The notes under the pieces were generated by a model that had not been told where the DNA came from, did no database searches, and saw only the letters and a program-made list of their open reading frames with translations. The position numbers and the translations under genes were made by a program. From assembly GCA_965649765.1 (NCBI GenBank), contig OZ287754.1:12028001-12092000 (forward strand): a stretch of DNA of 64,000 nt. The letters run 5' to 3'. This document shows, piece by piece, positions 62,448-64,000 of this stretch. This DNA is from Bispira polyomma (Eukaryota). How positions within the stretch are numbered: the first letter of the stretch is position 1; each line of letters opens with the position of its first letter.

Positions 62448-63224
62448 ATGTATATTCCAGATGTCTTGTAATAAGGTCATTGTTGTTCATTGGGTTGTCA
62501 CAATTATTACAAACAGCCAAATTAAGGGTTATCAACTGTCATCATAATACGATCACATGCCACATGCACTTTTTAACCATAGAAGTGTTTACCTCCAAAT
62601 GCATCACCAAAATCTGCGCTCAGAATGAGAATCTCAGCTGTATTCATATCTAAAATATAAGCAAAAATACGATGAATTCAGTTACCTCAATATATTGAGT
62701 CTAAGCGATAACCTAGCCTCCAAGTAGACCACAAGGTATGATTGGCAAAAACTACAGGTCCGATTTTAAATGATAATGATCGTCTACAATAAAACGTTAC
62801 CAATAATAATTGCTACAATTGGAACTGCTTGACTGTAGACTGTAAAAATATTTGATTAGTTTTTTTTATATATAATCATATGGTTAGCTTTAGACCTTAA
62901 CATTCAATGAAATCTGACCAGTCAGATCTATCTTGTAATTGATCCAGATAGTGTCTGATGGTTTCTGTATGATCTTGCAATTACAGATTTTTGTGTAAAA
63001 TATGTAGAAATATTATCATTAATATGGAACCCTACCGGTTATATTTTGAAAGCCATTCAAATTAGAGTACAAAAATAGGGGATAGCTTTGTGACTCGTGG
63101 TTAAAGTCACACTCATCAAATTTGGCGCTGTATTCAGTGTCGAAGTAGACAAACCAGCCCTTGGCTTCTGAACATGAGTTGTAGTTACAGCTTACTGAGA
63201 AACCTCTGGAACTGAAAATACAAT

Positions 63225-63460
63225 TTTAGTTTAGTTTGAGTATAAAGTTGCTTTTGAGTTTTAACATGTGTCATATCACGATTGGCAGTTCACTGGTCAA
63301 AGAATCAAAGCAGGGCAGTTGGTCACAGTTTGCTGGTCTACAAACCACTAGCCTTCAGCAAGTCTCTCTTGCGAACTTTCCCACATACATTCTCAGCCTG
63401 AGATTCAAACCCACAACTGTGGCGGTGGGAGGTATTACCATTGACCACACGCTGTAAATC
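63225..63460 (-). mobile_element. tRNA-derived SINE
   Basis: Minus strand: GTTGTGGGTTTGAATCTCA...TGTGGGAAAG...CTTGCTGAAGGC, with an (AAACT)n tail. Confidence 0.65.
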
Positions 63461-64000
63461 CATGCCTTGTACTTGTATATATAATAGTAAAACTACCCGA
63501 GTGGTGTATATTAAAAAAACTGTATGCTGAAAGATGACAAAATATAACCCAAAACAAGAATGAAGTGGTGAGAGTGGTCACCACAAATCAAGATGGTAAG
63601 TTGCTGAAGAGTACAAAAACAGTGAACTAGTCGCTGGTCCAGACTTTGTATTGCTCAACTCGTTTGTACAAAACATCTTATATTTTCGCTCACCCTAATG
63701 GCTGTTAGTATGAAGCAATTTCATTGGTTACTGAATCAGTGATTCTGATTGGCGGACCACACACACGTGAAGTTTTAAGACATCTTAACAAATAAACATT
63801 GTGTAGTTTAGAAAGCACATGGACACAAAATGTAAGCATATTTGAAAAACAAATTGAAGGGATTAATAAAACATAAGGTAAATTTTTAACAATATTATTG
63901 TATTTTTATGACAAAATAAAGAGTTTATCTTACTTTCTTGTGCCCCGAAATGTCCAGAAAAGGTCTTGCTTTTTTTTAAATAATAATCTGTGGGTATATT

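Noticed and set aside
62593-62649. Confident first exon of the VWDE-like gene
   Set aside because: Phase-compatible with canonical sites, but the peptide is not a convincing signal peptide; kept only as a possibility.

Overview
AT-rich, intron-rich animal genomic DNA. The domain content and SINE type suggest a lophotrochozoan-like invertebrate; this is inference. I assembled two convergent multi-exon genes by hand from phase-compatible GT-AG exons. (1) + strand 565-32186: a type II membrane protein, TM - SEA - 10 EGF - PAN/apple-like C-terminus (~665 aa). Two of its EGF exons come from a recent ~2.3 kb tandem duplication. (2) - strand 38096 to at least 60163: a type I membrane VWDE-like protein, chitin-binding type-2 domain - VWD - EGF - TM. 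The introns and the intergenic region hold four diverged Ngaro-like tyrosine-recombinase (YR) retrotransposons and an orphan terminal repeat. One element (12375-19565) is structurally complete, with split direct repeats A1-ORFs-B1-A2-spacer-B2. Comparing the elements reveals a shared expression and cis-element design: (i) a phase-1 splice donor in mid-gag and a phase-1 acceptor at the start of YR, predicting a spliced GagN-recombinase fusion; (ii) an A_AAA_AAC slippery site plus a covarying GNRA hairpin, predicting -1 frameshifting into pol; (iii) arrays of TAAGGTNACC palindromes and hairpins in the B repeat. Also present are L2/CR1-like LINE fragments, tRNA-derived SINEs, MITEs and tandem repeats. 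All coordinates were read by eye and may be off by a few bases; no database search was run.
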